A stretch of DNA of 64,000 nucleotides, from positions 177,108 to 241,107 of the forward strand of contig CABMHR010000001.1 of the NCBI GenBank assembly GCA_902386025.1, in the 5' to 3' direction. How positions within the stretch are numbered: position 1 is the stretch's first letter; each line of letters starts with the position of its first letter. The stretch is from an uncultured archaeon (lineage in GTDB: Archaea > Nanobdellota > Nanobdellia > Pacearchaeales > GW2011-AR1). The notes beneath the pieces are model-generated. The model searched no databases and was not told where the DNA came from. It saw only the letters and a program-made list of their open reading frames with translations. The position numbers were made by a program, and so were the translations under genes. Of this stretch, positions 40,017-49,420 are shown piece after piece.

Positions 40017-40292
40017 CTATATATGTAGAACTTTGAACTCTTTAAAATCTTGGAATTTTTCTTCCTTAACTTCAACTTTTCCTATTTTCGCGTGCTTTGG
40101 GCCTGTTTTGCACAATTCAATCATCTTGTCAACCTTATCATTATTTCCTTCAATAAAAACTTCAACTCTTCCGTCTTCAAGATTTCTGGCAAATCCTCTT
40201 ATGTCATTCCTCTCTGCGTTTTCTTTTATGAACTGCCTGAAAAAAATCCCCTGAACAGTTCCTTCAATGTATAATCTTACTGCTTTTTTCAT
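40017..40292 (-). CDS. acyP: Acylphosphatase
   Basis: GTVQGIFFR, GFARNLEDGRVE. Confidence 0.93.
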   Translation of the reverse strand: MKKAVRLYIEGTVQGIFFRQFIKENAERNDIRGFARNLEDGRVEVFIEGNNDKVDKMIELCKTGPKHAKIGKVEVKEEKFQDFKEFKVLHI

Positions 40293-40362
40293 AATAATTA
40301 TAATTGAAATTGATTATTAAAGATTTGGATTAAATTCTCATTCCCAGAAAAGACAGAAATTT

Positions 40363-40429
40363 TTATCACCTCTTTTTAATCACAGCCACAAGTTTATCCC
40401 ACGCGTTGAGTTTTTATTATTAACTAATT
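40363..40429 (-). repeat. Intergenic motif copy C
   Basis: AATTAGTTAATAATAAAAACTCAACGCG...AAAAAGAGGTGATAA on minus strand. Confidence 0.65.
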
Positions 40430-40439
40430 TTCTTTATTC

Positions 40440-41021
40440 TTATATTCCTCTGTAATCCAATTCATTATTAACAACAGCAACTGTTTGGGAAGCGAAGTAC
40501 ATTTTATTTCCAACAGAAACAAGATTCATTATTTTTTTCAGCCGCTTGAATTCTTTCTGCGGAATTCCTTCGTGGTCTCCAAGAATGAATACGCAGTTAT
40601 CTCTGATTTTAGCTTTTCTTATATCTTCTCCTTTTTTGTCAAGCAGAAATATCTCTTTTCCCTCTTCGCTTAATTCCTCAATAACTTTCATAAAACTTTT
40701 CTTCTCAACAAAACAGCCGGGCAGGGCTTCTGTCCTTTTGCCTTCTTTGTATTTGTAAAGAATTTTCTTTATCAGGTTTCCTACATCTTTTTTGCTTATT
40801 TCCAATTCATCTTTTACTTGAATCTCAATATGCTTTGGAGGGTCTGGCTGTCCATAGAAGACAAAATGAAATTTTGTGTCTTTTCTGAATCCATGGGAGA
40901 GAAAAACTCCCTGAATAAATGAATGTATTGCAATATCCATTCTTCCTGCTTTCATCAAATCACTGCTGTCAAAATTCCCAGATGTTCTGGCGCTTTGTGA
41001 AAAATAAACAAACTCACGCAT
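40440..41021 (-). CDS. trmY: tRNA pseudouridine-54 N1-methyltransferase TrmY (SPOUT)
   Basis: GRMDI, LSHGFR, FILGDHEG, NELD. Confidence 0.85.
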   Translation of the reverse strand: MREFVYFSQSARTSGNFDSSDLMKAGRMDIAIHSFIQGVFLSHGFRKDTKFHFVFYGQPDPPKHIEIQVKDELEISKKDVGNLIKKILYKYKEGKRTEALPGCFVEKKSFMKVIEELSEEGKEIFLLDKKGEDIRKAKIRDNCVFILGDHEGIPQKEFKRLKKIMNLVSVGNKMYFASQTVAVVNNELDYRGI

Positions 41022-41059
41022 AGGGAAAATAGGGAGAAGGAAGTTAAAAAGGTATTGAT

Positions 41060-41995
41060 TTAATTCCTTATTTCCTGCATAACAAACATTCCTTTTGCAA
41101 AAACATTTACTTCGTTAAGAACTTTGAACATTCCGACAAATCTGCTATTTGAAAACCCGCAGACAATTTGATTCTTTTCAGCTTTCACTTTATTTTCCAA
41201 ATCCTTTTCATATACTGGCTGTCCGTGCATTATTCTTTCTACAGGCTCTTCCTTAATTTCCACAACAGGATAAACTTCGCTGATAATTTCAGCAGGAATA
41301 ATAATTTCTCTAATCAGTTTATCATTTCCCTTTTCATATTCCTCAACTGCCTTTTCAAATTTCTCCTTGCTAACCATCTCTTTACTTTTGAAAATTCCTG
41401 CTCGGATTCTTTTTAATCCAGTCATATGCGCCCCTATTTTCATTTCCTCCCCCAAATCATGAATAAGTTTTCTTATGTAAGTTCCGCCTTGGCATTCAAC
41501 CCTGAAATAAACTTCTTTTCCGTCTTTTTTCAGCAGTTCAAATTTTTTTATTTCTCTTTCTCTTTCCTGCCTTTTGACTTTTGAGCGAACAGGGGGAAGC
41601 TGTATAATCGTCCCCATAAATTTTTCTTCTATAACTTTTTTTATTTCCTCAAGAGAAACATCTTCGTGAATTCTCATCACTCCTTCATATTCCTTGTCTT
41701 CTCCTATAAAAAATCCGCTTAATTTTACTGCTCTGTTTAACGCAACAGGCAAAACTCCAGTAACCATCGGATCCAATGTTCCAAAATGGCTTGTTTTCCT
41801 TAATTTCAGTTTTTTTCTCACAAAATCAACAACATCAAAGCTCGTGCAGTCCGAACGACTTTGCGATGATGAAGCCAGTGATGAGTGAGCGGGGTCGAGA
41901 GTTGTAGGTTTGTCAAAATTTATAATTCCAAATTCAAGAAGTTCCTTAATCGATTTTGTTGATTTTATTTTTTCAAGATTTATTTTTGCATCCAT
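41060..41995 (-). CDS. cbf5: Pseudouridine synthase Cbf5/TruB with 17-aa insertion in motif I
   Basis: HFGTLDPMVTGVLP, GGTYIRKL, PUA-like C-terminus; DKP...TS motif interrupted. Confidence 0.92.
   Translation of the reverse strand: MDAKINLEKIKSTKSIKELLEFGIINFDKPTTLDPAHSSLASSSQSRSDCTSFDVVDFVRKKLKLRKTSHFGTLDPMVTGVLPVALNRAVKLSGFFIGEDKEYEGVMRIHEDVSLEEIKKVIEEKFMGTIIQLPPVRSKVKRQEREREIKKFELLKKDGKEVYFRVECQGGTYIRKLIHDLGEEMKIGAHMTGLKRIRAGIFKSKEMVSKEKFEKAVEEYEKGNDKLIREIIIPAEIISEVYPVVEIKEEPVERIMHGQPVYEKDLENKVKAEKNQIVCGFSNSRFVGMFKVLNEVNVFAKGMFVMQEIRN
41852..41902 (-). repeat. Diverged 51-bp coding-insertion element within cbf5
   Basis: 33/51 ungapped identity to 55202-55252, same frame and orientation; encodes TLDPAHSSLASSSQSRS. 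Confidence 0.8.
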
Positions 41996-42681
41996 TTTTT
42001 CCTCTCCTCTGGAGAAAACTTCTCAATAGAATATCTAAGCATTGTCCTAGGCATTTCCTTGTTTCTTGAAGCAAGAAATATTTCAAGAACATTTTTGTTT
42101 TTCTTTCCAACTTCTCTCAAAGCCCAGCCGACAGCCTTGTGGATTAAATCGTGCTCGTCGTGAAGAAGCATTTCGGATATTGCAAGAGTTTCCCCTAATT
42201 TTCCTTTGCGTATGAACTGAAGTGTTGATATTATCGCAATTCTTCTCTCCCAGAGATTGTCTGATTTAGCAAGCATCTTCAGAATATCTGTTCCTTCTCT
42301 AATCAGAAAATCTCCGACAATATTTGGGGCAGACAAATCAACCAAATCCCAGTTGTTTATGTTTCTTGTATTCTTCATATAAAATTCATAAATTTTTCTT
42401 TTTTCAAGATTGTCTTTTTTTGCTTTTTTATATTTATTATTAAGTATTAAAAGTGCAGCCATTCTGTATTCGTGAAATTTGCTGTTAAGAAGAGTTTGCA
42501 ATTCTAAGAAGGATAAATTGGTGTATTTTTTTATGATTGCCCTCTGCTGTGGCATTGTCAGCCCAAGAAATACATCTCCTTCTCCGTATTCTCCTTTTCC
42601 TGTTTTGAAAAATCTCTGATATCCTTTTGCTTTCTCGGGATTTCTGCTTTTCTCAATCTCATTTGTTAATTCATTAAGCAT
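41980..42681 (-). CDS. DNA alkylation repair protein (AlkD-like)
   Basis: FFKTGKGEYGEGD, NNWDLVD, DLIHKAVGWALRE, MPRTMLRY. Confidence 0.9.
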   Translation of the reverse strand: MLNELTNEIEKSRNPEKAKGYQRFFKTGKGEYGEGDVFLGLTMPQQRAIIKKYTNLSFLELQTLLNSKFHEYRMAALLILNNKYKKAKKDNLEKRKIYEFYMKNTRNINNWDLVDLSAPNIVGDFLIREGTDILKMLAKSDNLWERRIAIISTLQFIRKGKLGETLAISEMLLHDEHDLIHKAVGWALREVGKKNKNVLEIFLASRNKEMPRTMLRYSIEKFSPEERKKWMQK

Positions 42682-42682
42682 T

Positions 42683-43702
42683 TTAAACCTCTTCTGATTC
42701 TGTTTCAATTCTGTCGTAAGTGGGAAATTCTTCAACTCTTGTTATCTTTTCTTTCCCGAGAAGCTTTCTTGCAATTGGTTCTGAAAGGATTGTTCTTTTC
42801 TTTTTCTCGTCGTAAAAAACACCTTCTCCTTTCATCTTTTTATTCACAATAAGGTAGATAACTGTTCCGTCTTCTGTTCTTTTTCCGTAAGGGAGAATTT
42901 TGTGCTTTTTCAGCCTGTTCTTATACTGATAATCATTCTTGAGTTTTGCAGAGCACAGATGAATTTTCAGTTTTGATTTTTCTTTTGACAATTCTTCCAA
43001 AATCCATTTTCCAGATTCAAGGCTTCCAGCAATAACATATCCACCTTCTTTTAATTTGTATCTTGCAACTATTGCCTGAAAATTTGTTTCTGAAAGTTCA
43101 AATTCATTAAGATTCACAAATCCTATGTAATCTTCTGCTCCTTTTATAAAATCAAGAATTTCCTCTTTTCTTTCTGGAATCATAGGAAGTTCTATGCCGA
43201 TATTTTCTTTTTTCCAGAATTTTGAAGCCATTTCTATTTTCTTCAAATCTTCTACAGTTGTATCTGGCTTAATAAGGAATTCGGGGTGAAAGCGGACTTC
43301 ATCAGCAACTCTTGCTATTCTTTTCAGTTTTCTTTCTGCAACAAGTTTTGTCGGAAGATAAATATGAATATGAAATTCCTTTCCAAATCTTTTTTTTAAT
43401 GCAGAAGCAAGCCGAACTGTTCTCCCTGTGCAAAGCAGAGGGTCTCCTCCTGTTATTCCTGCCCCTGTTGCCCTGCTTTCATCTGCTTCCTGAATTATCT
43501 CTTTTGCATTTCTGCATGTTCTCTCATTTGCATATGTTTCATTCTTGTTTTTTCTTTTCCTGCTTAAAGAGCAATACCAGCAGTTTCTTGAGCATTTTCC
43601 TGTAACAAACAAAACAAGCTTGTCTCCTTTTACGCAGTGTCTGCATCCTTCTGCAAATCCATTAAGGCAGTAAGAATCAAATTTTGTTTTCTTGATTTTC
43701 AT
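42683..43702 (-). CDS. Radical SAM protein
   Basis: CSRNCWYC, GITGGDP, DEVRFHP. Confidence 0.9.
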   Translation of the reverse strand: MKIKKTKFDSYCLNGFAEGCRHCVKGDKLVLFVTGKCSRNCWYCSLSRKRKNKNETYANERTCRNAKEIIQEADESRATGAGITGGDPLLCTGRTVRLASALKKRFGKEFHIHIYLPTKLVAERKLKRIARVADEVRFHPEFLIKPDTTVEDLKKIEMASKFWKKENIGIELPMIPERKEEILDFIKGAEDYIGFVNLNEFELSETNFQAIVARYKLKEGGYVIAGSLESGKWILEELSKEKSKLKIHLCSAKLKNDYQYKNRLKKHKILPYGKRTEDGTVIYLIVNKKMKGEGVFYDEKKKRTILSEPIARKLLGKEKITRVEEFPTYDRIETESEEV

Positions 43703-43737
43703 AGAATTAGGAAAAAATGAGGGTATAAAAATTATTC

Positions 43738-44310
43738 TTAATGCCCTTGGCTCATTCTGTTATAGGTAGATTTCATATTCTTCTGTTCTTTTGGAGATTT
43801 TACCTTTGTTTCGTGCTTTGCTTTCTGTGCAATTTCTTTTTCAATCTCTTTGCCTGCTTCAATTGTTGCTGATTTGTCTTCTTTTTCTTCAATTTTTTCT
43901 TCTTCTGTCTTGGCTTCTGTTTTTTCCTCTGTTTTCTCTTCAGCTTCTTTCTTCTTTTTCTTTGTCTCTTGGCTCTTGCTGTTTTGTTTTTCTTCTCTTA
44001 ATTTTTTGAATTTTATTTTTGCAGGCATTTCAGCAAGCTCTACTCTGACAATGTCGTCTTCTTTTATTGCTTTGACTTTGATTTTTGCAGGAGGATTTTT
44101 TATTCCCCTGCTCCAGATTGCTTCATTAAGATATTTGTCGACTCTTACTTTGTCCAAATCTCTGTCTCTTATTTTCATATGCTTGACTAAAAATTCCTTG
44201 ATTGTTTTGACAGCTTTGTTTGCTCTCTTGTAAGTTGGAACTATCTTCCATCTTGTTCTAAGAGGAATGACATATTCTCTTTCAATGCGATTGTTTTTTT
44301 CTTTTTCCAT
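43738..44310 (-). CDS. rpl31e: 50S ribosomal protein L31e with charged tail
   Basis: EREYVIPLR...RANKAV...LNEAIWSRG. Confidence 0.92.
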   Translation of the reverse strand: MEKEKNNRIEREYVIPLRTRWKIVPTYKRANKAVKTIKEFLVKHMKIRDRDLDKVRVDKYLNEAIWSRGIKNPPAKIKVKAIKEDDIVRVELAEMPAKIKFKKLREEKQNSKSQETKKKKKEAEEKTEEKTEAKTEEEKIEEKEDKSATIEAGKEIEKEIAQKAKHETKVKSPKEQKNMKSTYNRMSQGH

Positions 44311-44381
44311 TTTCAATCGTGTTGATTGTAAACTTTATGTTTACTTTCAATTTTTTCTGTTTTTTTATCTGCCATTATTTA

Positions 44382-44708
44382 CTATCCTAAATGCCATTTC
44401 TTTATTCTTCTTGGCTTAATATGAAGTTTTGTTCTTCTCCATGAACGCTTGTATTTTGTCATAGCAGAAGGATGTATCTTTTTTCCTGTTCCGTGTTTTC
44501 TCAAAACAGCCCATACAGGAGCCCATTTTGTCTGCCTTGCTTTCACTGCAAGTGTTGCTTTCTTCTCGTCAAATCCTCTTTGTCTTTTTGAAACGTGAGG
44601 CTTCTGAATAACTAAAGGCTGTTGAACTGCCTTTGCTTCTGTTTTCTTTTTCTTGAATATATTTTTTTTCTCTTTCACTTTTTTTTCAGTTTTTTCTTTA
44701 TCTGCCAT
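44382..44708 (-). CDS. rpl39e: 50S ribosomal protein L39e with N-terminal extension
   Basis: RQTKWAPVW...RSWRRTKL; rps19e-rpl39e-rpl31e order. Confidence 0.8.
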   Translation of the reverse strand: MADKEKTEKKVKEKKNIFKKKKTEAKAVQQPLVIQKPHVSKRQRGFDEKKATLAVKARQTKWAPVWAVLRKHGTGKKIHPSAMTKYKRSWRRTKLHIKPRRIKKWHLG

Positions 44709-44709
44709 T

Positions 44710-45147
44710 TTATTTTATTTCCTCCATAAACTTTCTTCCCTTTTCTGTAAGTTTTCTTCCCATTCTCTTTCCTTTCAAGCCCTTGACATCTTTTACAGAT
44801 TCTGTAAATCCTGCCTTGTCTGCCTGCTGAAGAACAGTTCTTATGATTTTTCCGCCTGATTTCACAAATCTTTCAGGCTTCATTCCCCTGTTTTTTTTGC
44901 TTCCGTATTTTGTTCTTAATCTGTTTACTCCTACAACTTTCTTTTTGTAAATCTGCTTGAGTATGCTTGCTGCTCTTTTATACCAGAAATCAATATCTTC
45001 AATTGGACGCTCTTTGCTTGAAGATGATTTTATGAATTTTGCCCATTCTGGCTCCTGAAATTCAGAAACATTTTTCAAAGCTGCTGCTAATTTAAGATTA
45101 TATTCCTGCGGTTCTATTTCATACACTAAATTTTTTCTTTCTGTCAT
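44710..45147 (-). CDS. rps19e: 30S ribosomal protein S19e
   Basis: PEWAKF, WYKRAASIL, SGGKIIRTVLQQ; start set at MTER. Confidence 0.95.
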   Translation of the reverse strand: MTERKNLVYEIEPQEYNLKLAAALKNVSEFQEPEWAKFIKSSSSKERPIEDIDFWYKRAASILKQIYKKKVVGVNRLRTKYGSKKNRGMKPERFVKSGGKIIRTVLQQADKAGFTESVKDVKGLKGKRMGRKLTEKGRKFMEEIK

Positions 45148-45159
45148 GTTGATTATATA

Positions 45160-45197
45160 GGCACATCTTGCGATGTTTAGATACGCCGAAGCGTTTA
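45160..45197 (-). promoter_or_regulatory. Structured 5' leader of rps19e (UUCG and GCAA tetraloop hairpins)
   Basis: ACGC-TTCG-GCGT and ACATC-GCAA-GATGT on the sense strand; TTTATAAA at 45223-45230. Confidence 0.55.
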
Positions 45198-45366
45198 ACC
45201 TAAAAGTTAGGGGAAATGGGGATTTATAAATGTTGGGGGAGACTTTGTAATCTCCCTGACACTTATACTCCAGTTTCACATATTTCTGAAAGATGGTTTG
45301 GTATTTTAAATGAAAGATTTAAATAAATAAAAAACCAATGTAATAATAATAGATGGAAAGAGTAAA

Positions 45367-45576
45367 ATGCCAGCAGAACAACTAATAAAAGAAGAAACTT
45401 ATACAGCAGTGGGATATAAAGATGATAATGGGAGATTTCACCTTATTTTTCAGAATAAACAAAATCCAGATGTTCAACCTTTAACCGATGAAGAGATAGA
45501 AGAGATTAAATCCAATCTTAAAGATTGGGGAAAATGGATTAAATTTAAAGAATTAAAGAAAGATTTAAGAGATTAA
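45367..45576 (+). CDS. Hypothetical protein, antitoxin-like
   Basis: LTDEEIEEI...GKWIKFKELKKDL. Confidence 0.5.
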   Translation: MPAEQLIKEETYTAVGYKDDNGRFHLIFQNKQNPDVQPLTDEEIEEIKSNLKDWGKWIKFKELKKDLRD

Positions 45577-45792
45577 ATGGTAGAGATTGAATTTAACAAA
45601 AGAAATAATAAAAGAATAAGAGAAATAAGCCAACAAAAAGCAAATGAAATTATTAGAAAATACAAAAGAGATGGAATAGAAGTTAAAGAGTTGGCTGAAG
45701 CTGAACAAGTATTAATTAGTATTGGCGGAATGATTTTGGGATATTTTGCAATAGATATTGCAAACAGAATTGCACAAGAATTAAATAATTAA
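45577..45792 (+). CDS. Hypothetical protein
   Basis: Abuts the previous gene; hydrophobic C-terminal segment. Confidence 0.5.
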   Translation: MVEIEFNKRNNKRIREISQQKANEIIRKYKRDGIEVKELAEAEQVLISIGGMILGYFAIDIANRIAQELNN

Positions 45793-45793
45793 T

Positions 45794-46027
45794 ATGTTAA
45801 AAGAAATACTATTTAATAAAAAGCTCTATTTTTTACCACCAGTTCTTCTTCTTTGTATTGAATTTACACTTGGGACTTACAAAGAGACTTTTAACTTATT
45901 TTATCAAAAGCCAATATTTATTCTACCTTATTTAATAATCTACTTTTTTATCTCTCTGATTTTAATATGTATTTTAAACTTATATAAAAAATTAACAAAA
46001 ACTAAATTTTTTAAAACCAAAAAGTGA
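45794..46027 (+). CDS. Small membrane protein
   Basis: Two hydrophobic segments, abuts the previous gene. Confidence 0.45.
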   Translation: MLKEILFNKKLYFLPPVLLLCIEFTLGTYKETFNLFYQKPIFILPYLIIYFFISLILICILNLYKKLTKTKFFKTKK

Positions 46028-46084
46028 CGCAGATGTTATAATACGGGGAGGAAAAATTAGATTATCATTAAAAAAGAAAGATAA

Positions 46085-46555
46085 TCATCTTTCTGTTTCT
46101 CTTGCACTATTAAATGCACTAAAAAAACCTTTTATTACATTTATGGCTTTTTCTCCAGATACTATTTGTAAATTAGTTATACCTTGATAATGTTTATTAC
46201 TTTCATATTCTCTTTGTTTTTCTGGTGAAGTAAATAAATAACATTTAAATGGGGGGTCATCAGTTAAATTTATTCCGAAAATAATATTTTTAGTTATCTT
46301 TTCTTCATATTTATCCAATAATTCTGGTTCTTCGATTACTTTAAAAGCTCCACCGAGGTATTTTGAATCAAGTTTGTCTTTACATAACTCTGCTTCTTTT
46401 TTTAAAATAAGATTATGTTCTCTTTTACAATATTCAGAAGAACTTTTTATATGCATAAGATAAGAGAGAATTGTCTCTTTTCCTTGCTGTGTTGAAAGCC
46501 AAAGAATAAAATCAGCATCACATAATAACCTATGAGAATATGATACCGAAACCAT
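46085..46555 (-). CDS. Hypothetical protein, possible PIN-like fold
   Basis: LLCDADFIL resembles the PIN first strand-Asp motif. Confidence 0.5.
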   Translation of the reverse strand: MVSVSYSHRLLCDADFILWLSTQQGKETILSYLMHIKSSSEYCKREHNLILKKEAELCKDKLDSKYLGGAFKVIEEPELLDKYEEKITKNIIFGINLTDDPPFKCYLFTSPEKQREYESNKHYQGITNLQIVSGEKAINVIKGFFSAFNSARETER

Positions 46556-46561
46556 TTTAAA

Positions 46562-46810
46562 TTACTTGAAAGCAGAAGCAAGAAGCTTTTCATTAACTTC
46601 TTTTACGGAAAGAATAGTAATTGAAGAACCTATCTTCTTTTCTATTTCTAAAAGGGTCCCAATTGGAAATGCTTCTATTTTTTTCTTCACATTTAAATCA
46701 TCAAATTTAATATCTGAATTCTCATTATAAGATTCGACTAAATCTTCTTTTAATTCAAAGTCTGTAAAAAAAGTTTCTTCATTTGTCATGATAAATAAAC
46801 TATTTAGCAT
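46562..46810 (-). CDS. Acidic hypothetical protein
   Basis: Short acidic ORF directly upstream of the PIN-like gene. Confidence 0.45.
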   Translation of the reverse strand: MLNSLFIMTNEETFFTDFELKEDLVESYNENSDIKFDDLNVKKKIEAFPIGTLLEIEKKIGSSITILSVKEVNEKLLASAFK

Positions 46811-46897
46811 ATTTTAAATCTTGCTATTAAGTAAGATTAATCTAATAAAATGAGATAGATATTTATATTTTTCTATCTAGTTCAATTAAGGTAAGAA

Positions 46898-48208
46898 TCA
46901 AAGTTCCTTTTTATAATTAACCGCAGTTGGAGCTTCTCCGCCGTGCCATGTGAATCTCGGGCGGATGCGGACAGGATAAATTCTTTCTGAATTATCGTCA
47001 AGAACAATCGCGCTTCCTTTAAGCGGAGGCAAATCATTCATATATCCGCTTATTCCCTGAAGAAGATAGCTTTGCATTATAAAATTCAATGCGTCAATAT
47101 CTGGCTGTGCAGTAACTCTGTGGGAAATTACAATGTCTGACTGCGTCATAGCATCTCTGTGAATCTGCCCTGGCTGCTGCGTTGCTAAAACCAGAGAAAT
47201 TCCTGGCTGTCTTCCTTCTCTTAAGAGCTGAACAAGAGCGTCTGTAGCAGCAGTCTTTCCATTAAGAGGGAGAAATTCATGCGCCTCGTCAATAAACATC
47301 CACACAAGAGGGTTTTCTTTTTTTTCAGAAACAAACGATAAATTAATTCCCCTTGAAACAGAAGACACTTCTTCTGTTTTTCTCGCATCCATTCTTTCAT
47401 TGAAAATTTTTCTTGAAACTAAACTGATAACAAGAGCTCTGATATTGAATGCGCCGACAGAATTGTAAATGCTTAAATCAAGAACAGACGTCATTCCTGC
47501 ATTAATCAAATCTTTTATCTGCGTAGGCTCTTCTCCGCCTTTTGCAAATATTCCCCATTCATCTGCTGCTTCAAAAAGCCCGACTGCTGCATTTTTTACT
47601 TCTTCCCCTGTTTTTTCATCGCCTTCAATAAGTGAAATAATGTCACTTATCTCAAATTTTCCTTTCTCGCTTAATCTTCCAAGAGTTCTCTGTATTAAAA
47701 TGGAAACAGGGCTTGTAATATCCAATCCAAATGTTATAATCCAGTCTTCAGAAGTCAGTTCTTTTATGTCAAGAGCAAATCTTTCATCAACAGGAATTCC
47801 TTTTTCAATATAGTTGTCATAATGTCCTGAAGGAACAAAAACTTTTACAGGCAGATTTTTTGACTTCAAATCCCATTCAGCCAGAAGCTTCCTGTCTTTT
47901 TCGTTTTCAAATTTCATTGTCCAATAAATTCCCATTGTGTCAAACATGAGGGAAGCAATGTTCTGGCTCACGTCTTTCGGCAGATTTGAAATCTCTTCTG
48001 CCATAACTCCAAGTGTGTAAGATTTTCCGCTTCCTCTCTTTCCTGCAACAAGAACAACATGGCTTCTTGCAACATCCATAAATATTTTGTTGCTTAATGA
48101 AGTGTATTGCCCCATCTTTACATAGCCCTTTCCAAGAAATATCAATCCCCTGTCTCCAAAATTCTTTTTGTCAGATTCATCTCTTCCTAAAATAATGTCA
48201 TATACCAC
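46898..48208 (-). CDS. HerA/FtsK-like ATPase (DUF87)
   Basis: GKRGSGKS, FIDEAH, REGRQPG, LATQQP. Confidence 0.9.
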   Translation of the reverse strand: MVYDIILGRDESDKKNFGDRGLIFLGKGYVKMGQYTSLSNKIFMDVARSHVVLVAGKRGSGKSYTLGVMAEEISNLPKDVSQNIASLMFDTMGIYWTMKFENEKDRKLLAEWDLKSKNLPVKVFVPSGHYDNYIEKGIPVDERFALDIKELTSEDWIITFGLDITSPVSILIQRTLGRLSEKGKFEISDIISLIEGDEKTGEEVKNAAVGLFEAADEWGIFAKGGEEPTQIKDLINAGMTSVLDLSIYNSVGAFNIRALVISLVSRKIFNERMDARKTEEVSSVSRGINLSFVSEKKENPLVWMFIDEAHEFLPLNGKTAATDALVQLLREGRQPGISLVLATQQPGQIHRDAMTQSDIVISHRVTAQPDIDALNFIMQSYLLQGISGYMNDLPPLKGSAIVLDDNSERIYPVRIRPRFTWHGGEAPTAVNYKKEL

Positions 48209-48330
48209 CTTATAAAATGTATGAATAACTTTTTATATTTGTCGCAGAATAATTGAGGTGTCAGTCTCTGATTATTATTTATTGAATGCACATCCACAAA
48301 GTTTTTAAAAGGGGTTTATTTAATCTTGAA

Positions 48331-49392
48331 ATGGAAGAAGAGAGAAAAGAGAGCGAAAATATGGTTGAATCTCATCATAAAAAAATTAATCTGACAGAAA
48401 AAATGAGGGAAAACCCTTGGATGCCTGCAACAATTGTTTCTGGAATTTTAATATTAGTTCTTCTGTTCTCTGTATTTTCAGGAGCACTCACAGGAAATGC
48501 AGTGTCTTCAAAAACTGCAGGAGAAAAACTTCTCGCTTTTTATCAATCAATGGGTGTTGAGAACCTGACTCTTGATTCTGTAAGCGAAATTTCTGGACTT
48601 TATCAGGTAAATGTAAATTATAATAACAAATTAATCTCCTTATACATAACTAAAGACGGAAAAAATGTAGTGCCTTCTTTAACTCCTATAGAAATAGCTT
48701 CTTCTGATTCTTCAACAGCACAAACAGAAGTTCCAAAAGCAGACAAGCCAAAAGTTGAACTTTATGTTTTCACATACTGCCCTTATGGACTGCAGATGGA
48801 AAAGGCAGCTATTCCTGCTGTTGAATTATTTGGAGATAAAATTGATTTTAGTATAAGATATATAGGAGATATGCACTCACCTAAGGGCTGTTCTGGAAGC
48901 GCCTGCTTTGAGAAAACAGAAACAGAAAGGCAATTATGCATAGAGAAAAATTATCCAGATAAATATTTAGATTATGTTTCTGCATTTGCATCAGACACAG
49001 CAATCGGAGCATGCAGCGGGGACGCATCGTGCCTTGCCCCTAAACTGATTGCATTATATTCAAAGCTTGGAATTGATAGTTCAAAGATAGATTCCTGCAT
49101 AGCATCAGACGGAGAAACAATGTATGAAGCAGAAGTAAGCAATTCACAAAAAATTAATTCTCAGATTACTGCTATAAACCCAAAAGGCGGACTTGGTTCA
49201 CCATATTTAATTATTAATGGACAAGTTGAGGAACAACAACCAAGCAGAAGAAGTCCCGAGGAAATTAAAGGTGCAGTTTGTTCTGCATTCAATAATGTTC
49301 CTTCAGAATGTTCTACATCATTAAGCACAACATCTGCATCAGCAGGATTTGGTGCAGGAACAAGTTCTTCAAGTTCAACAGCAAGCTGTTAG
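48331..49392 (+). CDS. Membrane-anchored thioredoxin/DsbA-like protein
   Basis: TM, VELYVFTYCPYG, GSPYLIING. Confidence 0.78.
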   Translation: MEEERKESENMVESHHKKINLTEKMRENPWMPATIVSGILILVLLFSVFSGALTGNAVSSKTAGEKLLAFYQSMGVENLTLDSVSEISGLYQVNVNYNNKLISLYITKDGKNVVPSLTPIEIASSDSSTAQTEVPKADKPKVELYVFTYCPYGLQMEKAAIPAVELFGDKIDFSIRYIGDMHSPKGCSGSACFEKTETERQLCIEKNYPDKYLDYVSAFASDTAIGACSGDASCLAPKLIALYSKLGIDSSKIDSCIASDGETMYEAEVSNSQKINSQITAINPKGGLGSPYLIINGQVEEQQPSRRSPEEIKGAVCSAFNNVPSECSTSLSTTSASAGFGAGTSSSSSTASC

Positions 49393-49420
49393 TTATTCTT
49401 TACAATTTACTAGATTAAGC

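Noticed and set aside
41852..41902. Canonical bulge-helix-bulge intron, or duplication of the catalytic TLDP motif
   Set aside because: The insert 3' end cannot pair with the upstream exon as BHB requires. TLDP codons (ACTCTCGACCCC) differ from the catalytic copy (ACATTGGATCCG) and match the element instead.
44279..44351. Mini-CRISPR based on three ATTGAAA(G) motifs
   Set aside because: Only 7-8 nt shared with 31-34 nt period, too short for repeat plus spacer; no cas genes.
45148..45279. N-terminal extension of S19e (similarly aIF5A, primase and AlkD in the ORF track)
   Set aside because: Upstream near-cognate starts run through promoter or leader DNA or overlap neighbours; downstream ATGs match family starts.
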